From Candidatus Dojkabacteria bacterium (GTDB lineage Bacteria; Patescibacteriota; Dojkabacteria; B142; JAFGMG01): a DNA stretch of 57,456 nt. This document shows, piece by piece, positions 45,759-55,000 of this stretch; position 1 is the first letter of the stretch; each line of letters opens with the position of its first letter. The notes under the pieces are model-generated. The model did no database searches. It worked only from the letters and a program-made list of their open reading frames with translations, and was not told the DNA's origin. Both the position numbers and the translations under genes were made by a program. The stretch spans positions 1 through 57,456 of the forward strand of contig JAFGMG010000003.1 of the NCBI GenBank assembly GCA_016927655.1. The letters are read 5' to 3'.

Positions 45759-46896
45759 TGTGCCTAAATAAAGCTAAACCGCTGAATAATAACAAAACAA
45801 CTGCGGAAAAAATATAAATTCCTTCAAATGTGCTGATTTGAATTATCAGGCCGAAAATTAGAAAATAACCAATTCCAAAAATATGTTTCAAGAAATTTGA
45901 GAACGAAATGACCGTTGCCCTACTTTGCCCGACTATTTCATGCTGAATTCTGCCATCAATTAATACACTCAAAGGCGCGATCACAATGTATGAAAAAATA
46001 AGTGTAATTAACGTTGGTATTGAAGGAAGTAGCCCGGAAATTAGGAGAAGTGCTGCACTGATTAGTGGCAGTAATACGAAAACGAGTCGATTCCCTTTTA
46101 ATTTGTAACTCAATCCCTCTACAATTGCAGCACCCATAAATGGAATAAAGGCAATCACACCAAAAAATGCCACAGGAAGATCAACAAGCTTGAAGTATAA
46201 TTGATCGTATTCTTCTATATTTCCATATATACTCAAAACAACTAGACTAAAAAACAAAAACCTGATTATTTTTGATGATCGAATAAAATTAATAGCATCT
46301 TTGATATATTCCAAATACTTTATCTCCTCGGACTGTTTTTTCGCTCGTACTTCAACGAAACTCAAAGCTATTAACGTGCCAAAAATCAATGGGAAGATAG
46401 AAGCTATCATCACCAGTTCAATCGAAATTGAAGCTATCAGTCCTCCAAATATTAGTCCCAAAGACACACCAAATTTCTTTGAGAAATTCACACCGCTGAT
46501 TACTTTTTCGTAAGCATCTTGCATTTTGTCTCTGGCAAGAACATCGTAAATATACGCCTGGTAAGTTCCCGTAAGTAGTGTACTTGCCAATCCCCAGATT
46601 AGAAATCCGAGCGCGTAGAGTAAAAAACTACCAGTTAATGCTCCCCACAGAAGGAAGGCAATAGCTTTTAAAACTGGCGCTGCCACGATGAGCCACTTTC
46701 TATTCACCTTATCTGCTAAAACACCAGACGGAATTTCAAAAACTACCGCCACAAAAGCCCACCAACCAAGCAATATACTGATTTCTACATTGTTCAATCC
46801 GTTGTTTGAAAACAGCAGATTGTAAACAGCATAAGCGAAGGTCAGATCGTAAAGAAGTGCATAGGCATAAATTTTTGCAAGAAATTTACTATTCAT
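45751..46896 (-). CDS. MFS transporter
   Basis: FEIPSGVLADKVNRK motif A, AYIYD, SRATVISF; about 12 TM. Confidence 0.92.
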   Translation of the reverse strand: MNSKFLAKIYAYALLYDLTFAYAVYNLLFSNNGLNNVEISILLGWWAFVAVVFEIPSGVLADKVNRKWLIVAAPVLKAIAFLLWGALTGSFLLYALGFLIWGLASTLLTGTYQAYIYDVLARDKMQDAYEKVISGVNFSKKFGVSLGLIFGGLIASISIELVMIASIFPLIFGTLIALSFVEVRAKKQSEEIKYLEYIKDAINFIRSSKIIRFLFFSLVVLSIYGNIEEYDQLYFKLVDLPVAFFGVIAFIPFMGAAIVEGLSYKLKGNRLVFVLLPLISAALLLISGLLPSIPTLITLIFSYIVIAPLSVLIDGRIQHEIVGQSRATVISFSNFLKHIFGIGYFLIFGLIIQISTFEGIYIFSAVVLLLFSGLALFRHNE

Positions 46897-46951
46897 ATCA
46901 TTCTTATTCTATCAGAGTTTGAAATCACTTACGAAATGCTATAATAAGCCC

Positions 46952-47743
46952 ATGATCAACTCCACTTTCAAAATACAAACCATTGGAGAATTGCTCAAAG
47001 AGAAGCGGGCAAAAAAAGGCCTGAGCCTCAGGCAGATCTCGGAAATCACCAAAATCCGCGTTGAATACCTGCAGGCACTGGAAGATGGCCGCTATAGTGC
47101 GTTCCCTTCTGAGGTTTACCTCAAAGGATTTCTCAAGAATTATGCCAAATTCCTAGGTATCGACAAAGAGCGATCACTAGCACTCTATAGAAGAGAAAAT
47201 AAAATTTTAGAAAAAGAGCAGCTCAAACAATCAACAGGTCCTGGAAGCAAGGTCAGTTTCAATACACTGCTTACTCCGGAAAGAATCATAATTGCGATAG
47301 TAGCAATAATTTCAGGACTAATCGGATATTATATCGTCAATCAAATCGGAGTGGTTTTGGAAAATCCAGAATTACAGATCAACACACCAGTACTGGCTGA
47401 ACGCGGTGAAACAAAAGAAATGGAAACAGAAGATGAGACGATAAATTTTTCAGGGATAATTGCCCCAAATGCAAGCCTAAGTATAAACGGAGATCCAGTC
47501 ACTACAAATAATTTAAATAGATTTGAAATAGTTGATTTAAACCTGAATGAAGGCAGAAATGAATTTGTGATAGTAGCCGAAAGTCAATTTGGGCGAAGAA
47601 GCGAGATTGTTTTGATTGTAAACCGGATAGTAATTAACGAAACAACCGATCAAACAGTAGAAAAACCCGCAGATCTTAACGGGGAACCAGTTTTGACACC
47701 AGACGGCACACCAGGCTCAAGCGGCGAAACCGCGCCAATTTGA
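46952..47743 (+). CDS. RodZ-like HTH membrane protein
   Basis: GELLKEKR...TKIR..YL.ALE.G....P..VY.KGFLKNYAKFLG, TM, Ig-like C-terminus; ATG 46952 follows TGnTATAAT. Confidence 0.88.
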   Translation: MINSTFKIQTIGELLKEKRAKKGLSLRQISEITKIRVEYLQALEDGRYSAFPSEVYLKGFLKNYAKFLGIDKERSLALYRRENKILEKEQLKQSTGPGSKVSFNTLLTPERIIIAIVAIISGLIGYYIVNQIGVVLENPELQINTPVLAERGETKEMETEDETINFSGIIAPNASLSINGDPVTTNNLNRFEIVDLNLNEGRNEFVIVAESQFGRRSEIVLIVNRIVINETTDQTVEKPADLNGEPVLTPDGTPGSSGETAPI

Positions 47744-47768
47744 TCTTTCGGCTTGAATTCGGTATACT
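47740..47768 (+). promoter_or_regulatory. lexA promoter with TTCGG-N6-TTCGG direct repeat (candidate SOS box)
   Basis: TTGATC(47740-47745)-17 nt-TATACT(47763-47768); TTCGG at 47747-47751 and 47758-47762 fills the spacer. Confidence 0.75.
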
Positions 47769-47789
47769 CAGATCAATCGCAATAAAGAT

Positions 47790-48401
47790 ATGTATAAAAC
47801 TCTTACAAAGCGTCAAAAAGAAATTCTAGACTATATTGATAATTACGCAGAAGTTAAAGGTTACGCACCCTCTCTGGAAGAGGTAAAAAAGCATTTCAGA
47901 CTCAAAGCCGTCTCCACAGTCCACGAACACATAGAGAATCTAAAAAAGAAGGGTTATCTCAAAAAGGAAATAAATCAGGCACGAGGAATTGAGGTAATAG
48001 ATCCTACCCTAGATGAGAATAATTTTGCACAGATTCAAAATCTTGGGACTATCACAGCGGGAGAACCTATCGAGGCAGTCGAAGATCCGGAGCCGCTTTT
48101 AGTGAGCAAAGAATTACTATCTGCAAATGGGACATATTATGCGCTTACAGTAAAAGGCGATAGTATGGTTGAAGAAGGTATTCTGGATGGAGACATTGTA
48201 GTCGTAAGACAGCAAAAAACAGCAGATAACGGAGAGGCTGTGATTGCAGTGCTGCAAGACAATCTGGCCACTCTTAAGAAATTTTATAAGGAGAAAAACC
48301 GAGTGTGTCTCCAGCCTGCAAATGACGCACTTAAACCTAAGTATTACCGAAATATCGAAATCCGCGGCAAAGTCGTCAGTTTGATTAGAAAGTTTAAATA
48401 A
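47790..48401 (+). CDS. lexA: SOS repressor LexA
   Basis: LTKRQ wHTH, Ala-Gly cleavage site TAGEP, catalytic GDSM and TLKK. Confidence 0.97.
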   Translation: MYKTLTKRQKEILDYIDNYAEVKGYAPSLEEVKKHFRLKAVSTVHEHIENLKKKGYLKKEINQARGIEVIDPTLDENNFAQIQNLGTITAGEPIEAVEDPEPLLVSKELLSANGTYYALTVKGDSMVEEGILDGDIVVVRQQKTADNGEAVIAVLQDNLATLKKFYKEKNRVCLQPANDALKPKYYRNIEIRGKVVSLIRKFK

Positions 48402-48420
48402 GCTTTGAGTTTTTCAAAGT

Positions 48421-49020
48421 ATGAACAAAAACCAACTCCAGGAATTTTTAACCGCAATTTCCGACCCCATAAGATTCAAACTTCTCTTGAAAATTTTTGA
48501 AGCATTTCTTTTGTATAATCCGAGCGACAAGCCGGCCTATAGAGGAAATTGCGTCACAAATCTAAAAAAGCTAACCGATTTGAGTCAACCGACAATTTCT
48601 CATCATTTAAAGATTCTCGAAGATGCAAGAGTGATAATTGCCGAAAGACAGGGGAAATGGATCCATTATCTGCCAAATACCGAATATATTGATAGATTTA
48701 AAGAAGAAATCGATTCGATTTTCTCTTTTGAAAAGCCAAAGCAGACACATCTTGATGCAGTCCGTTTTGACGCAGACGATAGAAAACTTAGATCACTTAT
48801 AGATCTTCTTAGAAACCACGATATTGCGCTCAAACACTACACTAAGAGGAAAACTACCTCAAGCATATATATTGAAGACAAAAGCAGCAAAGATTTATTT
48901 TTACTGCTTTATAACAATACAACAAATATCTTGACAATCAGGCTGATTGGAGAATCAAATATGATATCTGCCAGTCAGCTTATTCCGCTTATCAAAAGAT
49001 ATATACAGAGTTTGAATTGA
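48421..49020 (+). CDS. ArsR/SmtB-family transcriptional regulator with C-terminal extension
   Basis: AISDPIR, CV..L, LSQPTISHHLKIL, RQGKWIHY. Confidence 0.88.
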   Translation: MNKNQLQEFLTAISDPIRFKLLLKIFEAFLLYNPSDKPAYRGNCVTNLKKLTDLSQPTISHHLKILEDARVIIAERQGKWIHYLPNTEYIDRFKEEIDSIFSFEKPKQTHLDAVRFDADDRKLRSLIDLLRNHDIALKHYTKRKTTSSIYIEDKSSKDLFLLLYNNTTNILTIRLIGESNMISASQLIPLIKRYIQSLN

Positions 49021-49039
49021 GTTTAAATCAAGATTATTA

Positions 49040-50278
49040 CTAGACTACCCCCTTTGCTCTTGCTGAATCCAATACTTTCTTAATCGCAAGTGCATATACA
49101 GCTGCTCTGAAATTTATTTTCAGTCTCTCCATTTCATCAAAAGATTGATTGAATGCGTCAACAATTTTCTTCTGCAGTTTTTCATTCACTTCATCCTCCT
49201 GCCAATAGTACCCCTCCCTATTTTGCACCCATTCAAAGTATGAAACTGTTACTCCACCCGAATTTGCAAGCACATCGGGAACTACCAGCACGCCATTTTC
49301 ATTAAGCACCTCTTCTGCTTCCGGTGTAATCGGCCCATTGGCCATTTCAATTATATATTTAGCTTTCACATCCTCAACATTTTTCTCATTTATTGCATTT
49401 TCCAAAGCTGCAGGGGCCAAAATATCCACTACTAGTTCGAGAATTTTATCCCCTTCAATATTTTTTGCCCCTTCAAAGTCCTTTACGCTGCCTCCAGCAT
49501 TTTTGTGGCTCATTACTTTTTCAATATTGAGCCCGCTTTCTTTGTATATCCCGCCTTTTGAATCACTTACTGCGACAACTTTGAAGCCAAGTTCTTCTGC
49601 AATCAAAGCAAAATAATAGCCGACATTCCCAAAACCCTGGACAGCTATTGAAGTATCTTTTGGCTTCATTCCTTTCTTTTTAGCGAGCTGCTCTAAAATG
49701 TAAACGCCACCCCTTCCAGTAGCCTCAGTTCGACCCAGAGAACCCCCAAAGTCTACCGGTTTGCCTGTGATGACTCCGAGTTCCTGCCTGCCAACCAAAG
49801 TATTGTATTCATCTACCATCCATGCCATTATCTGTCCATCAGTATTTACATCTGGAGCTGGGACATCAACATCGATTCCAATATCTTTATAAATTGCTCT
49901 GATATATCCTCTTGAGAGTCTTTCTAATTCTCCTTGTGATAATTCTTCCGGATTTACAATTATACCTCCCTTTCCTCCTCCAAATGGAATATCCGCAATG
50001 GCACATTTCCATGTCATCCACATACTAAGCGCTTTTACCTCTGGAATTGAGACGTTTTGATGATACCTGATCCCTCCTTTGAAAGGCCCCCGATCATCAT
50101 TAAACTGAGACCTGAACCCGGAAAACATCTTGGTACTGCCATCGTCCATTTTCAAAGGGATACTTACTACAATAAATTTCTTTGGTTCTGAAAGATATTC
50201 TAATTCCTGATCATTCAAATCCAGGACTTTTGCCACATTATAAAGCTGCTGCTTTGCATTTTTGAAAGGATCGGACAT
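49040..50278 (-). CDS. gdhA: Glu/Leu/Phe/Val dehydrogenase (glutamate dehydrogenase-like)
   Basis: GPFKGGIRY, MTWKCA, GGGKGG, DVPAPDV, QGFGNVG, NSGGVTVSYFEWVQN. Confidence 0.93.
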   Translation of the reverse strand: MSDPFKNAKQQLYNVAKVLDLNDQELEYLSEPKKFIVVSIPLKMDDGSTKMFSGFRSQFNDDRGPFKGGIRYHQNVSIPEVKALSMWMTWKCAIADIPFGGGKGGIIVNPEELSQGELERLSRGYIRAIYKDIGIDVDVPAPDVNTDGQIMAWMVDEYNTLVGRQELGVITGKPVDFGGSLGRTEATGRGGVYILEQLAKKKGMKPKDTSIAVQGFGNVGYYFALIAEELGFKVVAVSDSKGGIYKESGLNIEKVMSHKNAGGSVKDFEGAKNIEGDKILELVVDILAPAALENAINEKNVEDVKAKYIIEMANGPITPEAEEVLNENGVLVVPDVLANSGGVTVSYFEWVQNREGYYWQEDEVNEKLQKKIVDAFNQSFDEMERLKINFRAAVYALAIKKVLDSARAKGVV

Positions 50279-50314
50279 TATTTTTCCAACTAAAAAGTAA
50301 TCTAGAAGAAACTA

Positions 50315-51247
50315 TTATTCTTGGGATCTAAGCCAGGCATCCAGGTCCATCGCTGCTCTACAGCCATCACCAGCCGCAACTACGGCCTGGCGGTATTTGA
50401 AATCCTCAGCGTCGCCTGCGACAAACACACCCTCAACGCTCGTTTTTGAATCGTCAAATTTCTTGATATAACCCATCTCATCCAAATCAACTTGACCTTT
50501 AAAAACATCTGTTGTCGGGATATAACCGATAGCGACAAAAACGCCATCGAGGTCGATTTTCTTGCATTTCAATTCACCTTCTGCTGCAGAAGATTTTTTG
50601 AGTTTCAAGCCTGTTACTTGTTTATCGCCCACAATTTCCTCTACTTCTGCGTTCAAAATAAATTCAATTTTTGGATTTGCTTTCGCCTTTTCGATCAATA
50701 CTCTTTCGGCCTTAAATTCTTCTCTTCTATGAATCAAATATACTTTTTTTGCATGATTTGTGAGATAGATCGCATCTTCAAATGCTACGCTTCCACCGCC
50801 GACAACTGCTGCGACCTTATCTTTGTAAAAAGCTCCATCACAAGTCGCACATGAACTGACTCCTTTGCCCCAGAATTTCATTTCTGAATTTATCCCGAGT
50901 TTTTTTGGAATTGCACCAGTTGCGATTATCACACTTTCAGCCTCATATTCTGAGCTTCCGGCCTTAATTTTAAACGGTTTGCTTTTGAAATCAACCTCAC
51001 TCACAACTTCGTATTTCAATTCCGCACCCATATTTTTAGCCTGCTCAAGCATGTTCTTCATTAGTTCGGGTCCATTTATACCCTTTGCAAATCCCGGATA
51101 ATTCTCAACTAGAGTGGTTTGCATCAGCTGACCGCCGATATTTGTACCTGCGAAAATAACCGGCTTGAGTGCTGCTCTAGAAGCATATATAGCTGCTGTT
51201 AAACCTGCTGGGCCGGAACCGATAATTGCTACTTGGATCTTTTGCAT
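50315..51247 (-). CDS. trxB: thioredoxin-disulfide reductase
   Basis: GSGPAG, ENYPGF, CATCDG, HRR, GVFVAGD, RQAVVAAG. Confidence 0.96.
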   Translation of the reverse strand: MQKIQVAIIGSGPAGLTAAIYASRAALKPVIFAGTNIGGQLMQTTLVENYPGFAKGINGPELMKNMLEQAKNMGAELKYEVVSEVDFKSKPFKIKAGSSEYEAESVIIATGAIPKKLGINSEMKFWGKGVSSCATCDGAFYKDKVAAVVGGGSVAFEDAIYLTNHAKKVYLIHRREEFKAERVLIEKAKANPKIEFILNAEVEEIVGDKQVTGLKLKKSSAAEGELKCKKIDLDGVFVAIGYIPTTDVFKGQVDLDEMGYIKKFDDSKTSVEGVFVAGDAEDFKYRQAVVAAGDGCRAAMDLDAWLRSQE

Positions 51248-51318
51248 TTTGAAACTTGTTTAATAGAAAATATATTGAATACTCCCCGGGGGTATATTAG
51301 CACGCAAAGGGATGACTT

Positions 51319-51612
51319 TCAAGACTCGTTCCTTTTTAGGCTAAATTCGTCTGGTACCAGATCTGCTCCCGGTTTTGAGAATGGGTTACACCGAATGATC
51401 CTTGCCACTCCCATTAGACCGCCCCTTATCACCCCAAATTTATCTATTGCCTGATAAGTATACTCAGAGCAGCTTGGATGAAAGATGCAGACTCTAAACT
51501 TTGCTGGATTTGCCCAAAAAGCGTGATCAAATGAGAATAATTTCTGATATATGCGAATCATCGCTTTTGCGATTTCCTTTGGAATATTTGTGACAATACG
51601 GTATAGATTCAT
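51319..51612 (-). CDS. yidD: membrane protein insertion efficiency factor YidD
   Basis: IRIYQ, C.F.PSCSEY..QAI.KFG, RI.RCNPF..G.D.VP; likely start ATG 51612. Confidence 0.92.
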   Translation of the reverse strand: MNLYRIVTNIPKEIAKAMIRIYQKLFSFDHAFWANPAKFRVCIFHPSCSEYTYQAIDKFGVIRGGLMGVARIIRCNPFSKPGADLVPDEFSLKRNES

Positions 51613-51643
51613 ATATAATTCTAACACATTACACACTATATTT

Positions 51644-52033
51644 ATGATAATTCTTTCGATTGATTATGGAACGAGACATGTAGGACTTGCAATCAGCGAT
51701 GAGCGTGAGATCGTTGCAATGCGCCTTCCGAGCCTTACTATCAAAAGACCAAATGATCTAATAGAAGGCTTGAAAGCTTTAAGAAAAAATATAGTCTTTG
51801 AAAAAATACTTCTTGGCCTACCGGATAAAGGTGAAAATAGAGGGAAAATCCAAGAAATTGCAAAAACTATCCAAAAAGAATTAGATATTCCAGTTGAATT
51901 CTGGAATGAGGACTTCTCTTCTAAATCTGCTGAAAAAGGCACAAGCAAAAAATTCAAGAAAGAAAAAGCACACTCCGAGGCTGCTAGAATATTTCTTCAG
52001 GAATATCTGGAAGACCGCTCAAGTGAGTCTTAA
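51644..52033 (+). CDS. yqgF: YqgF/RuvX-family nuclease
   Basis: ILSIDYG...VGLAISD, LLGLP, NEDFSS, AARIFLQ; likely start ATG 51644. Confidence 0.9.
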   Translation: MIILSIDYGTRHVGLAISDEREIVAMRLPSLTIKRPNDLIEGLKALRKNIVFEKILLGLPDKGENRGKIQEIAKTIQKELDIPVEFWNEDFSSKSAEKGTSKKFKKEKAHSEAARIFLQEYLEDRSSES

Positions 52034-55000
52034 TTGACATATTTTCTCAAATCCTTCGTTCTGATTCTATTGAAAATAAATATTGTAACCAGGAAGTACA
52101 ATATGAGACCAAGTGTGGTGGCTTGAAGTGCCTTATTGATTCCTCCGCTGCCTGCATCCGCAACCATAATAGAAATTGAGTCAGGATCAATTATATTACC
52201 TCCTTCGGTTGTACTAAATTTATGCCAGGCATCATAGACATAGTTATTCCCATTACTCATCACTTCATAATAGTATTCCTGCCCAGGTTCAAGATCAGTA
52301 ATAATTACCTGATGAACTTTTGTTTTCCTGTCATATTCAACCGACTCGCCATAATCAAGTGAATCACCGTAATTAACTTTGCTTGTTGCCAAGTGATTAG
52401 TTTTCCATTCAATCACAGCATAATTATCACCCTTCTCGACAACTTGAACATCAGAGATCGCTGTAGCTTCTTTATCAAACCATAAATCCCAAATTGCCAC
52501 GACCTTACTATACGAATCTGCAAAAAGCGGTCTAACCACATTTTCATTTATACCCCGATTTATATCGGCTGCCACTTCTGGCACATGTGTTAAAACAAAA
52601 TTGCCGAGTGTATTTGCTATGACCTCTGCATTATTTGCCAGTTCATTTGCGGCATACCTAATGAGGTCCAATAAACCACTTCTCAGTCCCCTACTAAAAC
52701 CAAACAAATTATTCTGCAAATCAACCAGATAGTTTACGGAGCCTCCAATAACACCACCTAAATTTTCGCTTATTATCTTTAATCCTTCGCTTACAACTCC
52801 GCGTACACCCTGTACAACGTTTTGCAAAATTCCACCTTCATTGCTGCTATCTAGATTGTTTATTAAATCAGACGCATTATCATTATTAATTATAATTTCC
52901 TCTAATTCATCCACATTAAGATCCGTAATATCACCCACAATCTCCAAAGTTTTAGTTGTTTCAGTTATGTTCCCTAATTTGTCATATGCTTTTAAAATAA
53001 TCTGGTATTCACCTGCCTCAAAACTTTCGGAAGGACTGAATGAGAAATCGGCATATTTATCACTGACATTGAGCGTATTATCCGTTATTATATTCTCATT
53101 GTAACTCCAATAAATGTCTGGGAAATTATTTACGGCAGTAAGTATTGTAGTTGTGCTGCCGCCTTGTAATTTGTTTATTGTCATAACAACTTTCAGCGGA
53201 CCGACAGCAGCTTTTTCCCCAGATCCGGATAGTTGATCGACAACCCTACCACTTATTGAGATACTAGTATCCAAAGTCTTTGAACTTGAATCAGTGGAAC
53301 CGTTTATTTTGACATCTTGGAGAGATGGAGCATGAAAATCCGCAAAGAACTCAACTTCTGTTGAGCTGAAATTCCCCACACCATCATAGGCAATAACCTC
53401 AAGACTGTTGATTCCTTCTGATAAATTCCCATTGTTGCGACCTGCACCCCAATTCGAAGAAGATTTCGTACTTAAGCTAATAATATCATTTAGAGGATCA
53501 GGGTCATTAAAATTTGAATAATATATATTGTACTTGTCAGTATTTACCGTAGAAGCAGCATAGCTATTGACTGGATAGACTTCTATTGCCGAATTTAAGG
53601 TAAATCTATATCTTATTACGTCATCTGAGTACCTTGAAAACCAAGAGAAACTAGGACGTGGATTATTCATATATGTTTTTGAAGCCGGATTAATTATTGC
53701 AGGGAGTTCCGGATCACTAAGATCTATCCTGACTTCACCAAGTTCAGAAAAACCTGACTGCACTCCAAGCTCGCTTACCACCGAAAGCCTTGCATACCAG
53801 GTCCCTTCGACCAGATCAATAAGATGAGTATAAGTCAGCTCTGATACTAGGATAGTATTACTTTCACATCCTGAGAAATTCGAATTATCACACCATTCAA
53901 ACTTATACTGATAAGTTATGCCTGATTCACCAGAAAATTCATTCCAAATCCAAATTGGCTTTGTGTCACTTGTAGGTGTTTCAGTAACCGGGACATCTGG
54001 GACTCCTTCAATTTCAGCATCAAGAACAAGCGAACCTGTGTTTGAATATTCTGAATAATTTCCCGCTATATCCCTTGCTCTCACTCTTGCATACCATGTT
54101 CCATCTGCCAGATTACTAGTATGAGTATATGTTGGAGTGTCAGAATTTGCGGCCGAAACACCCGAACTGAATGTCTGACTCTGCGACCACTCCAATCTGT
54201 AATAATCAATGTCAACGGCCGTTGCCGCTTCCCACTCCCAAGTTGGTGTTTTATCCATGGTAGGACTGTCTGCTATTGGGGTGCCAGGAATATCAGGGTC
54301 TGAAATATCAATCGTTATGTCTGATGAAACCGAATAATCAGATTCCAATAAAGCTCTGTCAACACCTTTCACCCTTATATAGTAAGTACCTTCAGAACTT
54401 TCCGGCAAGGTGAAGTTATTTACACTTCTGTTTGAAATATTTGCATCACATCCGGTATAAGCTTCATTGTCACACCATTGAACTATATACGCATTAATCC
54501 CGGACCCTCCACTATCACTAGCTCCACTCCAATCCCATCTTGGAGTAGTATCATGAGTAGGGGTTGTTCTGGTAAAACTCGTTGGGGGCGTTGGCGGAAC
54601 GGTATCGATTATGGCTCTTGCATAATCACTGTAATACGATTCATTTCCGACACTATCAATTGCTTTTACTTTCACATACCACGAACCATCAGCAAGAGGT
54701 GACCCCGGAGTATACGAATTTGTAACTACATTAGTTTTGTTTGCATCACAATCCAGAAAATCTGACGCATCACACCACCAAATTTCATAATTTGAAATAT
54801 ATGCAGCATCTCCATCATCATAAACCGCATCCCACTCCCAAGTTGGTGTTGTGTCCTGTGTATAAGCATCAACCGTGACATTTGTTGGTGTGTCAGGGAG
54901 ATCAGTATCAATAATAACCGTCCCATAATCTGAATAGGCTGATTCATTACCAACTTTGTCAACTGCCTTTACTTTATAATACCAGGTTCCATCTGCTAGA

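Noticed and set aside
51960..52000. YqgF third acidic residue replaced by His (AHSEAA), and Maf SPRR reading SPQK (near 9240)
   Set aside because: Single substitutions with the other catalytic residues intact; too weak to claim altered function without alignments
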